A stretch of DNA of 64,000 nt from Candidatus Saccharimonadia bacterium (GTDB taxonomy: Bacteria; Patescibacteriota; Saccharimonadia; CAILAD01; CAZGYV01): assembly GCA_041906885.1 (NCBI GenBank), contig JAYRII010000012.1:94955-158954 (forward strand). Reading direction: 5' to 3'. Positions 1-8,574 of this stretch are shown here, piece after piece (position 1 is the stretch's first letter; each line of letters opens with the position of its first letter). The position numbers and the translations under genes are program-made. Below the pieces are notes generated by a model that searched no databases, had not been told where the DNA came from, and saw only the letters and a program-made list of their open reading frames with translations.

Positions 1-441
1 CCAGAGGATTTGCCTTCACCCACGAAAAGTAAATCATCCAGCTCAACAGATCAAGCTGGCGGTGGTGCTGTTGGAAAAATTATCGAAGGCCATTTTGACG
101 GTCAGAATATGATTGGGCCGAATGATAAGACGTACCCTGTGCCGGCAAACTACGCCTCAAAATCTAAACTAGTCGAAGGTGATACCCTGAAGCTGACAAT
201 AGCCGAAGACGGATCATTTATATATAAGCAAATTGGTCCAGTTGAGCGTAAGAAACTAATCGGTAAAATTGTCCTAGATGATGGCCAGTATATGGTTGAG
301 GCTGGTGGTAAAAAGTATCATGTCTTGTTTGCTAGTGTGACGTATTTCAAGGCCAGTCCTGGTGATGAGGTTACTATTGTGGTGCCAGCCGACGGAAGTG
401 CAAAATGGGCAGCAATTGAAGCTGTAATTGGTGCTGAATAG
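1..441 (+). CDS. Conserved hypothetical protein typical of CPR genomes; 5'-truncated by the window edge
   Basis: The frame is open to position 1. The motif EGHFDGQNMIGP..YPVPANYASKSKLVEGD is one I recall from CPR hypothetical proteins. Confidence 0.75.
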   Translation, partial: PEDLPSPTKSKSSSSTDQAGGGAVGKIIEGHFDGQNMIGPNDKTYPVPANYASKSKLVEGDTLKLTIAEDGSFIYKQIGPVERKKLIGKIVLDDGQYMVEAGGKKYHVLFASVTYFKASPGDEVTIVVPADGSAKWAAIEAVIGAE

Positions 442-481
442 TAATTGTCTAAAGCAATATGAAATTTGTCAGAGCTAGAGA

Positions 482-967
482 ATGGGGTTGATGTTTCTAT
501 TTTTGTTTACGCTCGTATTATGTTTTGGTATTGCTGTGTTTCGAGGGGCGCCATACCTACCAACTTTTTCGCGCGATATCGAAGAAATCATCAACCAATG
601 CAACCTCAAGGCTGGCGACAGATTAGTTGATCTCGGTAGTGGTGATGGTAAGGTACTGGTGGCCGCTGCCAAGCGGGGTATTCACGCAACAGGCTATGAG
701 ATTAATCCAATTTTGTGGCTAATTTCTTCAGTCAGACTATGGCCATATCGCGAAATTGCCTCAGTTCGTCTGGCAAGTATGTGGCGAGCTGATGTGGTCA
801 AGGCTGATGTAGTTTTTATCTTTTTACTTGATCGACTGATGTCCAAAATGGAAAAAAAATTGAGTGCTGAGATGGGTCATGGGTCAATCGTGGCTTCATA
901 TGTGTTTAAATTCTCCAGTAGAAAAGAGATTTGGAAAACCCGGAATGCTTATGGTTATAAATTTTGA
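482..967 (+). CDS. Membrane-anchored class I SAM-dependent methyltransferase
   Basis: N-terminal TM helix, GAPYLPT, SAM motif VDLGSGDG, and GYEINP. Confidence 0.85.
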   Translation: MGLMFLFLFTLVLCFGIAVFRGAPYLPTFSRDIEEIINQCNLKAGDRLVDLGSGDGKVLVAAAKRGIHATGYEINPILWLISSVRLWPYREIASVRLASMWRADVVKADVVFIFLLDRLMSKMEKKLSAEMGHGSIVASYVFKFSSRKEIWKTRNAYGYKF

Positions 968-1029
968 CTTTAAGGCCTGATAAAACTTAAAATAATATTA
1001 AGTTGATAGTTATGAGAAGGGAGTTGAAG

Positions 1030-1626
1030 ATGGAAGTAAAACCTCTAAAATATAAAAAGCTAGCTGGTCTGAGCCAACGTCAGCTAGCCGAACATCATGA
1101 TGTTCTGTATGCTGGTTATATCAAAAAATACAATGAGATTGTTGAAAAATTAGACTCGGTCGACTATTCTCAGGCCAACGCTACTTATTCTGAGATCCGC
1201 GAGCTTTCACTCGAGAAAGGATTTGCCCTCAATGGTGTTAAGTTGCACGAATATTATTTTGACAACCTGACAGATAAACCAAAAAATATTGATGGGCCGA
1301 TCAAACAACTGATCGAGATGCGATGGGGGAGTGTGGCGGCCTGGTCGGAAGAATTTGCGGCACTCGGAGTCGCCTCGCGCGGCTGGGTGGTATTGAGTTG
1401 GGATTTTGATCTTGATCGGCTCGACAACGTGCTGTGCGATGTTCATAATCAGGGTGGAATCTGGAATGGCACGACCATACTGGTGATGGATGTTTATGAG
1501 CATGCTTATTTCTTGGATTATGGCGTTAAGCGCAAGGATTATATAGAAGCATTTATGTCGGCTATCGATTGGGAAATTGTTAATGCCCGCTTACCAAAAT
1601 GGGTTATAGAAAAATATACTAAATAA
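1030..1626 (+). CDS. sod: Fe/Mn superoxide dismutase family protein
   Basis: EHHDVLYAGY, LHEYYF and MDVYEHAY motifs. ATG at 1030 follows AGAAGGGAG. Confidence 0.9.
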   Translation: MEVKPLKYKKLAGLSQRQLAEHHDVLYAGYIKKYNEIVEKLDSVDYSQANATYSEIRELSLEKGFALNGVKLHEYYFDNLTDKPKNIDGPIKQLIEMRWGSVAAWSEEFAALGVASRGWVVLSWDFDLDRLDNVLCDVHNQGGIWNGTTILVMDVYEHAYFLDYGVKRKDYIEAFMSAIDWEIVNARLPKWVIEKYTK

Positions 1627-1637
1627 GGAGAAAAATT

Positions 1638-2165
1638 ATGTTAACTTTAGGAAAAAAAGCCCCAGATTTCAAAAATCCAGCTTATCAAAAGGGGATTAAA
1701 GGTGATTTTCGAGAAATCAGCCTCTCAGATTATAAAGGCAAATGGCTGGTGTTGTTTTTTTACCCGCGTGATTTTACCTTCGTCTGTCCGACAGAAATTG
1801 AGGGTTTTGCTCGTCACGAGGCTGAATTTAATAAGGCAGGTTGCGAAATTGTAGCAGCTTCAACTGATAGTGTTCATTCGCATAAAGCATGGTTTGAGCG
1901 TGATCTCAAGACGGTAGCTTATCCTATTTTGGCCGATACGACACATCAGTTATCCAAAGATTACGGCGTGTTAAATACATCCGATGGAACAGCAGAACGC
2001 GGCACTTTTATCATAGATCCAGAAGGCGATTTGCGATATATCTTAGTTTCTGATGGTAATGTCGGTCGTAGTATCGAGGAAACTCTGCGGGTCGTTAAAG
2101 CGTTACAAACCGGTGGACTATGTCCGGTAGATTGGCAGCCGGGCCAGGCTAATTTACAAGGGTAG
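1638..2165 (+). CDS. ahpC: 2-Cys peroxiredoxin (AhpC/TSA)
   Basis: FFYPRDFTFVCPTE and C-terminal LCPVDW; AAGGAG RBS. Confidence 0.92.
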   Translation: MLTLGKKAPDFKNPAYQKGIKGDFREISLSDYKGKWLVLFFYPRDFTFVCPTEIEGFARHEAEFNKAGCEIVAASTDSVHSHKAWFERDLKTVAYPILADTTHQLSKDYGVLNTSDGTAERGTFIIDPEGDLRYILVSDGNVGRSIEETLRVVKALQTGGLCPVDWQPGQANLQG

Positions 2166-2240
2166 AAAGCTGCAAGCCCTTCTGCTTAAAGGATTTTTGA
2201 TTTGCCAAAAGCATGACTTTTATATGATAATGTAAATTAA

Positions 2241-3041
2241 ATGGATTCAAGCCAAAATAACAATCAGAGCCAGCCTCAATATAAACCGCCTGACAGCACG
2301 ACCCAATACCAACCGCAGACATCTGGATTTCAACCAAGCGATCTAAGTGGTCAGCCGATTGGTGTTTCGTCGCGTGGCAACCCCAATCAAGGTAAAACTT
2401 CAGCCGAGCAACTTAAGCGCAATAAGATTTTGCTAATTATCGTGTCCTCGATCGCTGGTGTGCTCTTTGTGGCCTGTCTTGTATTAACGTATTTTGCCAC
2501 AATTAATCAGGGTAAGCTTAATGCCGAGTACAAAAAAGGCCAATCAGATGGCAAGGTTACTCAAAGGACGGCCGACAATGAAGAGTACGCTAATAAGCTC
2601 AATAGTGAGTTCACTACCTATAAAGCACGCGAAGAAGATGGTAGCTTTGAGGTCAGTTTTCCTAAGTATTGGAGCATCTCAACCAACTCATCAGGCCAAG
2701 ACCAGTTGCTGGCCTATGCTCATCCCGACAAGGTTGATATGACGACCGGTGTCTATGCGTTGCGTTTTACACTCAAAAAGGCGGGAGTAGAAGAAACCCG
2801 TAAAACTTGGGATCAGATGGTAAAAAATAAAAAACAACATCTCAGTATGGAGGCAGTCACAATACCTGGTAATATCCAGGGTTATAAATACACTGGCTTG
2901 CTGGATCAGAAAGCTAAAAATAATGGGACCGCCATTATTGTTCCGGTCAGAGATAAGACCTTGGTCTTCCAGACCGACAAGAACGATGGATATCTGGATA
3001 TGTTCAATAAGATTATTGCTCAGGTAAAAATCTACCCTTAA
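2241..3041 (+). CDS. Single-TM protein with an extracytoplasmic domain (possibly PsbP-like fold)
   Basis: Q/S/P-rich N-terminus, one TM helix, then a FEVSFPKYW motif. Confidence 0.6.
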   Translation: MDSSQNNNQSQPQYKPPDSTTQYQPQTSGFQPSDLSGQPIGVSSRGNPNQGKTSAEQLKRNKILLIIVSSIAGVLFVACLVLTYFATINQGKLNAEYKKGQSDGKVTQRTADNEEYANKLNSEFTTYKAREEDGSFEVSFPKYWSISTNSSGQDQLLAYAHPDKVDMTTGVYALRFTLKKAGVEETRKTWDQMVKNKKQHLSMEAVTIPGNIQGYKYTGLLDQKAKNNGTAIIVPVRDKTLVFQTDKNDGYLDMFNKIIAQVKIYP

Positions 3042-3050
3042 AATTGCACT

Positions 3051-3836
3051 ATGAAGCGGCCGAGTAAATGGCACCAGTTCTACTCAAGCAGGGCTTTTCC
3101 CGTCTTGTTGCTGGTATTTTTTGTTTTGGCACTGACTTGTGCTGTCTTTTGGTGGTATAAGTATCGTTGGAATATTCCATTACTCCATCCATCTGCTACA
3201 CCAACTCCATCAACCCAAGCAAGCTTGTATACACTGGCAATTACCACATCGGCCTCTCAAATGAATGCTTCAAACGACTACGGCTCTGGTGTAGAGCTAA
3301 CCTTTGAGCTGCGTGATGCCAATGGGGGTAAGGTTAGAGCCGAAGGCAGCCGGATTGTTATTTTGAGTAGCGATGCGGCGGCCTCGAGCTTTGAATCTGG
3401 CGATACAGTTACGATTAATGACGGAGACTACGGCGCCTCGACCCGTTATAAATCGACTAAGGCCGGCGTTTCGACAATTACTGCCGTGGTTGGTGATATT
3501 AAGCCCGCTACGGCTAGAATACTAACGATAGCTGGTCACGCTTCAGGCTTATCACCGATAAGTCTCCGTGGCTCAGCTGATATTCACGAGCTCAAGAGCC
3601 AGATGGAATATAGCTTCGAGGCTAGTGTTGTTGATAGCTTTGGCAATGTAGTCGAAAGCCCATCTTTGGTAAATTGGCAGGTGTTATCTGATCCGACGGT
3701 TTATCCAGTCAAGACTGATGTCAAAGGCAAGTCAATTTTTAACTACGTTTTTGGTGGTGATCAGTCGCGCTCTGAGATAATAAGGGCTAGTGCTGGCAGT
3801 GGCCATCAAGATTATCCGGTGACCATCGTCCAGTAA
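3051..3836 (+). CDS. Single-TM surface protein with Ig-like beta domains
   Basis: TM helix, PTPST linker, and beta-rich segments (LRDANGG, VVDSFGNVV). Confidence 0.6.
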   Translation: MKRPSKWHQFYSSRAFPVLLLVFFVLALTCAVFWWYKYRWNIPLLHPSATPTPSTQASLYTLAITTSASQMNASNDYGSGVELTFELRDANGGKVRAEGSRIVILSSDAAASSFESGDTVTINDGDYGASTRYKSTKAGVSTITAVVGDIKPATARILTIAGHASGLSPISLRGSADIHELKSQMEYSFEASVVDSFGNVVESPSLVNWQVLSDPTVYPVKTDVKGKSIFNYVFGGDQSRSEIIRASAGSGHQDYPVTIVQ

Positions 3837-3900
3837 ATAACGATTGCCTTAATACTTAAGCTTGTGCTAAGCGCGTAAAAACTATAATTTAGTTGATAGG

Positions 3901-4674
3901 ATGAGGGTGAGAACTGAGACAAGCAATGAAATATCGGCGAGTGAGCTGCAAGAGCTAGTATTGCTGCTCTTGCATCATGCAAAAAGCCCATTGGTGGCTG
4001 TTAGTGGCTTTATCGATATGGCTAAGAGCGAACCAGCTGATCGTTCCACCGCTCACCCAGCTATCAATCAGAAGCTTCTACGTTACGCCAGGCTGAGTGC
4101 CGAGAGGGCTTTGACTCTGATCGATACCATTTCGACAATTACATCTCTGAGTATCAATGGCAATAGTGCTGTCATTATGCCAACCAGACTAGATCTGGCT
4201 CTTAAAAATTCTTTACTAAATTATCAAGCCAGCCAGGATCAAAAGCAGCTTATCTGTAGCATTCGTCGCAGCTATAAATTGCCCATGGTACTGGCAAATC
4301 AACCCAAACTCGAGGAGTCACTGCGACTCTTGGCACACATTTTTTTAAGCGCCGGCCCGAGTAAGCAGGAAAAACTCAATATCGGCTTTCGGACTCGAGG
4401 TGATTATCTGGTGATGCGCTTATCTTCGGCTGCACTAGCGAGTGCTCTGGCTGATGTCAGAAAAGTTTTTTATAAGAAGATTCAACTAACTCGACTAGCC
4501 ACCGAGCATAATTGCGAAGCGGTTGTGCAAGCCTACATCATCAGGCGCAATATTGAGCTGGCTGGCGGGTTCGTCAAGGTTGAAGCCAAGCGGGGCGCAC
4601 TGACCAGTATGTATATTCATTTGCCACTTAGTCGACAATTACAACTCGAGGGTTGCTTGGAGAGGCAGGAGTAG
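3901..4674 (+). CDS. Degenerate histidine kinase-like protein (HisKA plus eroded HATPase)
   Basis: H-box-like HHAKSPLVAVSG and C-terminal IELAGGFVKVE..G...IHLPL. N, G1 and G2 boxes are not recognisable. Confidence 0.65.
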   Translation: MRVRTETSNEISASELQELVLLLLHHAKSPLVAVSGFIDMAKSEPADRSTAHPAINQKLLRYARLSAERALTLIDTISTITSLSINGNSAVIMPTRLDLALKNSLLNYQASQDQKQLICSIRRSYKLPMVLANQPKLEESLRLLAHIFLSAGPSKQEKLNIGFRTRGDYLVMRLSSAALASALADVRKVFYKKIQLTRLATEHNCEAVVQAYIIRRNIELAGGFVKVEAKRGALTSMYIHLPLSRQLQLEGCLERQE

Positions 4675-4723
4675 GGTAGGCTTAAGTTAGTACCGAGGAA
4701 TATTTTAGAAGGAGGGTAATTGG

Positions 4724-5110
4724 TTGGCTCAACCCACCATATTGTTAGTCGAGGACGACGAGACCTTGGCCGCGATGTATCAGCTCAAGTTGGAAGCAGC
4801 CGGCTATAAGGCTGACGTGGTGCATTCTGGAGCGGCTTGTTTGGCCTATATTGATCGCAAGAAACCCAGCTTGATTTTGTTGGATATACTTTTGCCGAAG
4901 CTAAACGGCTTTCAGGTCTTAAAAGAGCTACGCAAAATCAAATCTATGGCTCAAACGCCAGTCATCATCCTGACCAACTTGGTCGAGGCCGATGTCAGTA
5001 TGAGCCAAGAGCTGGCCAGTAGTCTCGGTGTAGTTGATTATTTGGTTAAGTCTAAGGTGACACCAAATGAGGTGGTGGCCAGGGTCAACTTGGCAATTGG
5101 TGGCAAGTAA
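4724..5110 (+). CDS. Single-domain response regulator (receiver only)
   Basis: ILLVEDD, LILLDILLP, IILTN and YLVK motifs; GGAGG RBS before TTG. Confidence 0.9.
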   Translation: MAQPTILLVEDDETLAAMYQLKLEAAGYKADVVHSGAACLAYIDRKKPSLILLDILLPKLNGFQVLKELRKIKSMAQTPVIILTNLVEADVSMSQELASSLGVVDYLVKSKVTPNEVVARVNLAIGGK

Positions 5111-5139
5111 ATGATGATAATAGCAACAGGCAGCTAGGC

Positions 5140-5856
5140 GTGAGAGCTAGGAATTATAGGGCGCGTGGCTTGGTCATTAAGAGGCACAATCTGGGTGAGG
5201 CCGACCGGATATTGACGGTTTTTACGAGTGAGCTGGGCAAGTTGCGGGTAGTCGCTAAAGGTGTGCGTCGAGGTCGTAGCAAGCTGGCTGGCCACCTAGA
5301 GCCGTTTGTCGAGACAGAGCTTCAGTTGGCGCGTGGTCGCAACCTGGATGTGGTGACAGGCGCGCGCGGGCAGCGCTACTACTTAATCAATCAAGATAGC
5401 CTGGAGACTATCACGACGGCTTATTTGTGCCTAGAGGTTATCGACCGACTGATGGCTGACGAGCAGGCGAGCGAGCCTGTCTACGCGCTGGCCGGTGAAG
5501 TCTTAGCGAGGCTAGAGAGCGGTGTAAATTACCTGCTAGCGCGGCACTATTTCTTCGTCAAGTTTTTATACTTGACTGGCCAACAGCCTAATATGGAAGC
5601 GCGTGATGGGGCAAGTGAATATTTCTTGAATTTTGATGCCGGAGTAATCAGCGGCCAGGTCCAAGAGGGACAAGAGGCCAGGCCGATAGCTAGAGAGATT
5701 ATTAAGCTGTGGCGACTCATCTACGGTAATGATCTAGCCCAGATCAGCCGCTTGGGTGGGGTGGAGCGACATTTGGCGGCCGCCCAGGAGCTGATTGAGC
5801 TCTTCTATGATTACCACCTGCATACTCGCTTCAGGTCGGAGAAGATATTGGGGTAG
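5140..5856 (+). CDS. recO: DNA repair protein RecO
   Basis: LGEADRILTVFT..GKLRVVAKGVRR..SKLAGHLEPF. Confidence 0.92.
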   Translation: MRARNYRARGLVIKRHNLGEADRILTVFTSELGKLRVVAKGVRRGRSKLAGHLEPFVETELQLARGRNLDVVTGARGQRYYLINQDSLETITTAYLCLEVIDRLMADEQASEPVYALAGEVLARLESGVNYLLARHYFFVKFLYLTGQQPNMEARDGASEYFLNFDAGVISGQVQEGQEARPIAREIIKLWRLIYGNDLAQISRLGGVERHLAAAQELIELFYDYHLHTRFRSEKILG

Positions 5857-5872
5857 GCTTTTTTAAGTTTTT

Positions 5873-5932
5873 AACTACGTTTCGTCCTCATTAGGACTCA
5901 TCAGAACGACTATATAATTCGTTGACGTAGCC
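5873..5932 (-). ncRNA. Hammerhead ribozyme, type III topology; predicted cleavage after GUC, between 5924 and 5923
   Basis: The minus strand reads GGCUACGUC|AACGA-AUUAUAUAG-UCGUU-CUGAUGA-GUCCU-AAUG-AGGAC-GAAACGUAGUU. It has the full CUGAUGA/GAAA/UH core and stems I (5 bp), II (5 bp) and III (8 bp including 2 G.U). Confidence 0.92.
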
Positions 5933-6013
5933 CGCCCCTAAAAGGGGCGGGTGCCACCCTAGATCATCTTGTGACCTCGGGTAGCTGGAGAAGAGAAGAA
6001 AGTCAGTGTGGCA

Positions 6014-6511
6014 TTATTTATGCCACCAGACTACCTCCTCGGGGGAGCCGGTGAACTCTCTCACCTCCTCGCGAACCGAGAAGCTCATTAGCTTCTCGGC
6101 GTGCCCATAGGCCAAGATTTGTGACCGGTTGAAGGCAATATATGCTTTGCCTTCAAAATCAGGTTTGACCGCATAGATAGGCCATTCAAAGCCTTTGTCC
6201 AGGTATTCGGACACGAAGAGCTCTGGGTCGAGCTCTTCTCCTGGGATTTTGGCTACTGATAGCCCCTCCGGGCTATCTTCGAACCACTCGATCCAACCGT
6301 TGCTTGAGTCTCCGAGAGCGAATGGCTTTCCATTCGCTACGGTAAATAGCACCCCTTCGACCCTATCTGTGCCGGTGGGGGTTGCTGCATATTCATGCAG
6401 CAACTCGATAGCCTCCTCCTTCGAGCGCACTATGTACGCATAAGAGTAGTCTTTTCCAAAAGCTACTTCGTTGAATCGGTCGGTTATTACCAGGTATGCC
6501 TGGTCTTCCAT
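6014..6511 (-). CDS. Orphan acidic hypothetical protein (165 aa from MEDQAY; the ORF track extends it to GTG at 6631)
   Basis: Open frame with a GGAGG RBS before ATG at 6511 and its own promoter upstream. No family recognised. Confidence 0.65.
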   Translation of the reverse strand: MEDQAYLVITDRFNEVAFGKDYSYAYIVRSKEEAIELLHEYAATPTGTDRVEGVLFTVANGKPFALGDSSNGWIEWFEDSPEGLSVAKIPGEELDPELFVSEYLDKGFEWPIYAVKPDFEGKAYIAFNRSQILAYGHAEKLMSFSVREEVREFTGSPEEVVWWHK

Positions 6512-6729
6512 CTTCCCTCCAGGGAAGTCGTCCTCCGAGTACTCATTATTCCTCGAAGGTGGGTCATGGTGGCCACTTCTGGAGTGACCTTTCGTTTCCG
6601 CTTTTTTTTGACCCATTCGGACCTGATACACCTGGCCAGGTTCTTTTTTCTTAACCCGTAGGTGACCTGGTAGGTGGTATCAGAAAACTCAAGGTGCCGA
6701 TCAGGTTTTTAACCCTCACAACGTCATAC

Positions 6730-6758
6730 ATATTACCATAAGTGAAATAATATGTCAA
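6730..6758 (-). promoter_or_regulatory. Sigma70 promoter for the orphan gene/ribozyme transcript
   Basis: TTGACA (6758-6753), 17-nt spacer, TG-n-TAATAT (6735-6730). Confidence 0.75.
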
Positions 6759-6803
6759 TAGTTTTGTGCCAGTCTGGAATAGCTCTATGTCTCGACCATA
6801 AAG

Positions 6804-6990
6804 AAAGTAGTAGATCCCCTGCGCCCTCGAAAAACAGAAAGTCGAGTTAGGAATTTAGTTGATCCAGAAATACAGCTTTGAGCGGGAGCGAGTCTGTATT
6901 TCCAACTAAAATTCTAATGAGACACTTCTAGCTTTTGAGCCCTAGGCGCGAAAGAGGCTTTTGCTACTTTTGGCCGTAACCCAAAAGTAG
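6804..6990. repeat. Long imperfect nested palindrome plus a CTACTTTTGG-N7-CCAAAAGTAG hairpin (MITE/REP-like)
   Basis: Arms AAAGTAG/CTACTTT (6804/6970), TTAGGAATTTAGTTG/CAACTAAAATTCTAA, and GAAATACAG/CTGTATTTC. Confidence 0.65.
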
Positions 6991-6994
6991 AGAA

Positions 6995-7144
6995 GAGATC
7001 CTTCGGCTACGCTCAGGATGACAACGGGGGATATACGAATAGATCCTTCGACTGCGCTCAGGATGACACTTGGTGAGCTCAGGATGACGGGGCGGCTCAG
7101 GATGATGGAGGGTGAGAGATCCTTCGGCTACACTCAGGATGACA
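6995..7144 (+). repeat. Tandem cluster of AGATCCTTCG.CT.C.CTCAGGATGACA repeats (3 full copies and 2 partial)
   Basis: Full copies at 6995-7023, 7040-7068 and 7116-7144; partial GCTCAGGATGA at about 7077 and 7096. Confidence 0.85.
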
Positions 7145-7200
7145 GGACGAGAGAATTTAAAATGACAGACCAGATCATTTAAGGTATAATATGGCTCAAT

Positions 7201-8574
7201 ATGGCAGAAAATAAACCTGAAAAACAATCTCATATTTCAATGGAAGAGCTAACCAGCTTCGCCAAAAGGCGCGGCTTTGTCTTTCAAGCCAGTGAGCTTT
7301 ATGGCGGCATTGCCGGCTTCTGGGATCTCGGTCCGTATGGGGTCGAGCTGGCCAGTAATATCAAAAAAAGCTGGTGGCGCGAGTTTGTCTATAAAAACCC
7401 TGAAATTATCGGCCTTGATTCGACCATTATTCAAAACCCCAAGCTGTGGCAGGCCAGTGGTCACACCGATACCTTTGTCGATCCGATGATTGATTGTAAG
7501 GCCTGCAAGCACCGTTTTCGAGCAGATCACGTGGCTGGAGTTGACACAAGTGACCTGGCCAAGCTAGACAAGGCTCTAGCAGATAAAGCTTGTCCGAACT
7601 GTGGCAAGACCAAGACTTTCACTCCAGCTCGGACTTTCGGCATGATGTTTAAGACTTACGTCGGCCCGATCGAAGACGAAGCTGCCAAAAGCTATCTGCG
7701 CCCCGAAACGGCCGGGGGAATATTTACTGATTTCGAGCTAGTACGGGAGACGATGCGAGCCAAGCTGCCATTTGGTATCGCTCAGATTGGTAAGGCTTTT
7801 CGCAACGAGATCACGCCTGGAGATTTTATATTTCGAGTGCGTGAATTTGAGCAAATGGAGCTGGAGTACTTTGTCGACCCCAAGGAGGCGAAGAAATGGT
7901 ACGAAGACTGGAAGAAAGCTTGCATGGCTTGGTGTGAGTCGATTGGCCTCTCGAAGGAAAACCTGCAATTCCACGATCACGCTCCAGATGAAAAAGCACA
8001 TTATGCCGATGCCAGCGTCGATATCCAGTATCGCTATCCGTTTGGCTTCAAGGAGCTTTATGGTATCGCTAATCGAACTGACTTTGACCTCAAGGCCCAC
8101 GCCAAAGAGTCAGGCCGCGATTTGAGCTACTTTGATGAAGCCTCGGGCAAGCGTTTCGTGCCTTATGTAATTGAGCCGTCGGTTGGTGCCAGCCGGCTAA
8201 TGCTGGCGCTACTGCTCGACGCTTATGATGAGGAAGAGGTTAGCGGCGAGAAGCGGGTCGTACTACGATTTAAGCCAGAAATAGCTCCGGTCAAAGTAGC
8301 GATATTGCCATTATCAAAGAAGCCCGAGCTATCCAAGCTGGCGCACGAAGTTTATACGACAGTAGCAGGGGAGTACAATGTCGAATATGATGAGACCCAA
8401 TCGATTGGCCGGCGCTATCGCCGCGCCGACGAGATCGGCACACCGTATTGTGTGACAGTTGATTTTGAGAGTCTCGAGGATCAGGCTGTGACCGTGCGTG
8501 AACGTGACTCGATGAAACAAGTACGGATTAAAATCAACCAGCTCAAGGGATATCTTGCAACTAGATTGAACTAG
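7201..8574 (+). CDS. glyQS: Glycine--tRNA ligase (alpha2 type)
   Basis: KRRGFVF, YLRPETAGGIF, FRVREFEQMELEYF and VIEPSVG motifs; C-terminal anticodon-binding domain. Confidence 0.96.
   Translation: MAENKPEKQSHISMEELTSFAKRRGFVFQASELYGGIAGFWDLGPYGVELASNIKKSWWREFVYKNPEIIGLDSTIIQNPKLWQASGHTDTFVDPMIDCKACKHRFRADHVAGVDTSDLAKLDKALADKACPNCGKTKTFTPARTFGMMFKTYVGPIEDEAAKSYLRPETAGGIFTDFELVRETMRAKLPFGIAQIGKAFRNEITPGDFIFRVREFEQMELEYFVDPKEAKKWYEDWKKACMAWCESIGLSKENLQFHDHAPDEKAHYADASVDIQYRYPFGFKELYGIANRTDFDLKAHAKESGRDLSYFDEASGKRFVPYVIEPSVGASRLMLALLLDAYDEEEVSGEKRVVLRFKPEIAPVKVAILPLSKKPELSKLAHEVYTTVAGEYNVEYDETQSIGRRYRRADEIGTPYCVTVDFESLEDQAVTVRERDSMKQVRIKINQLKGYLATRLN

Noticed and set aside
6512-6631. N-terminal 40 aa of the ORF-track protein at 6014-6631
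   Set aside because: The GTG is buried in a hairpin and a better GGAGG-led ATG exists at 6511. Treated as leader, though not excluded.
6995-7144. Possible CRISPR array
   Set aside because: Spacers are short and irregular, two repeats are partial, no cas genes are present, and the unit resembles a dispersed palindromic repeat arm.
6964-7233. 89-aa minus-strand ORF containing CHPERSRRI repeats
   Set aside because: It is a translation of the DNA repeat and overlaps the glyQS start.
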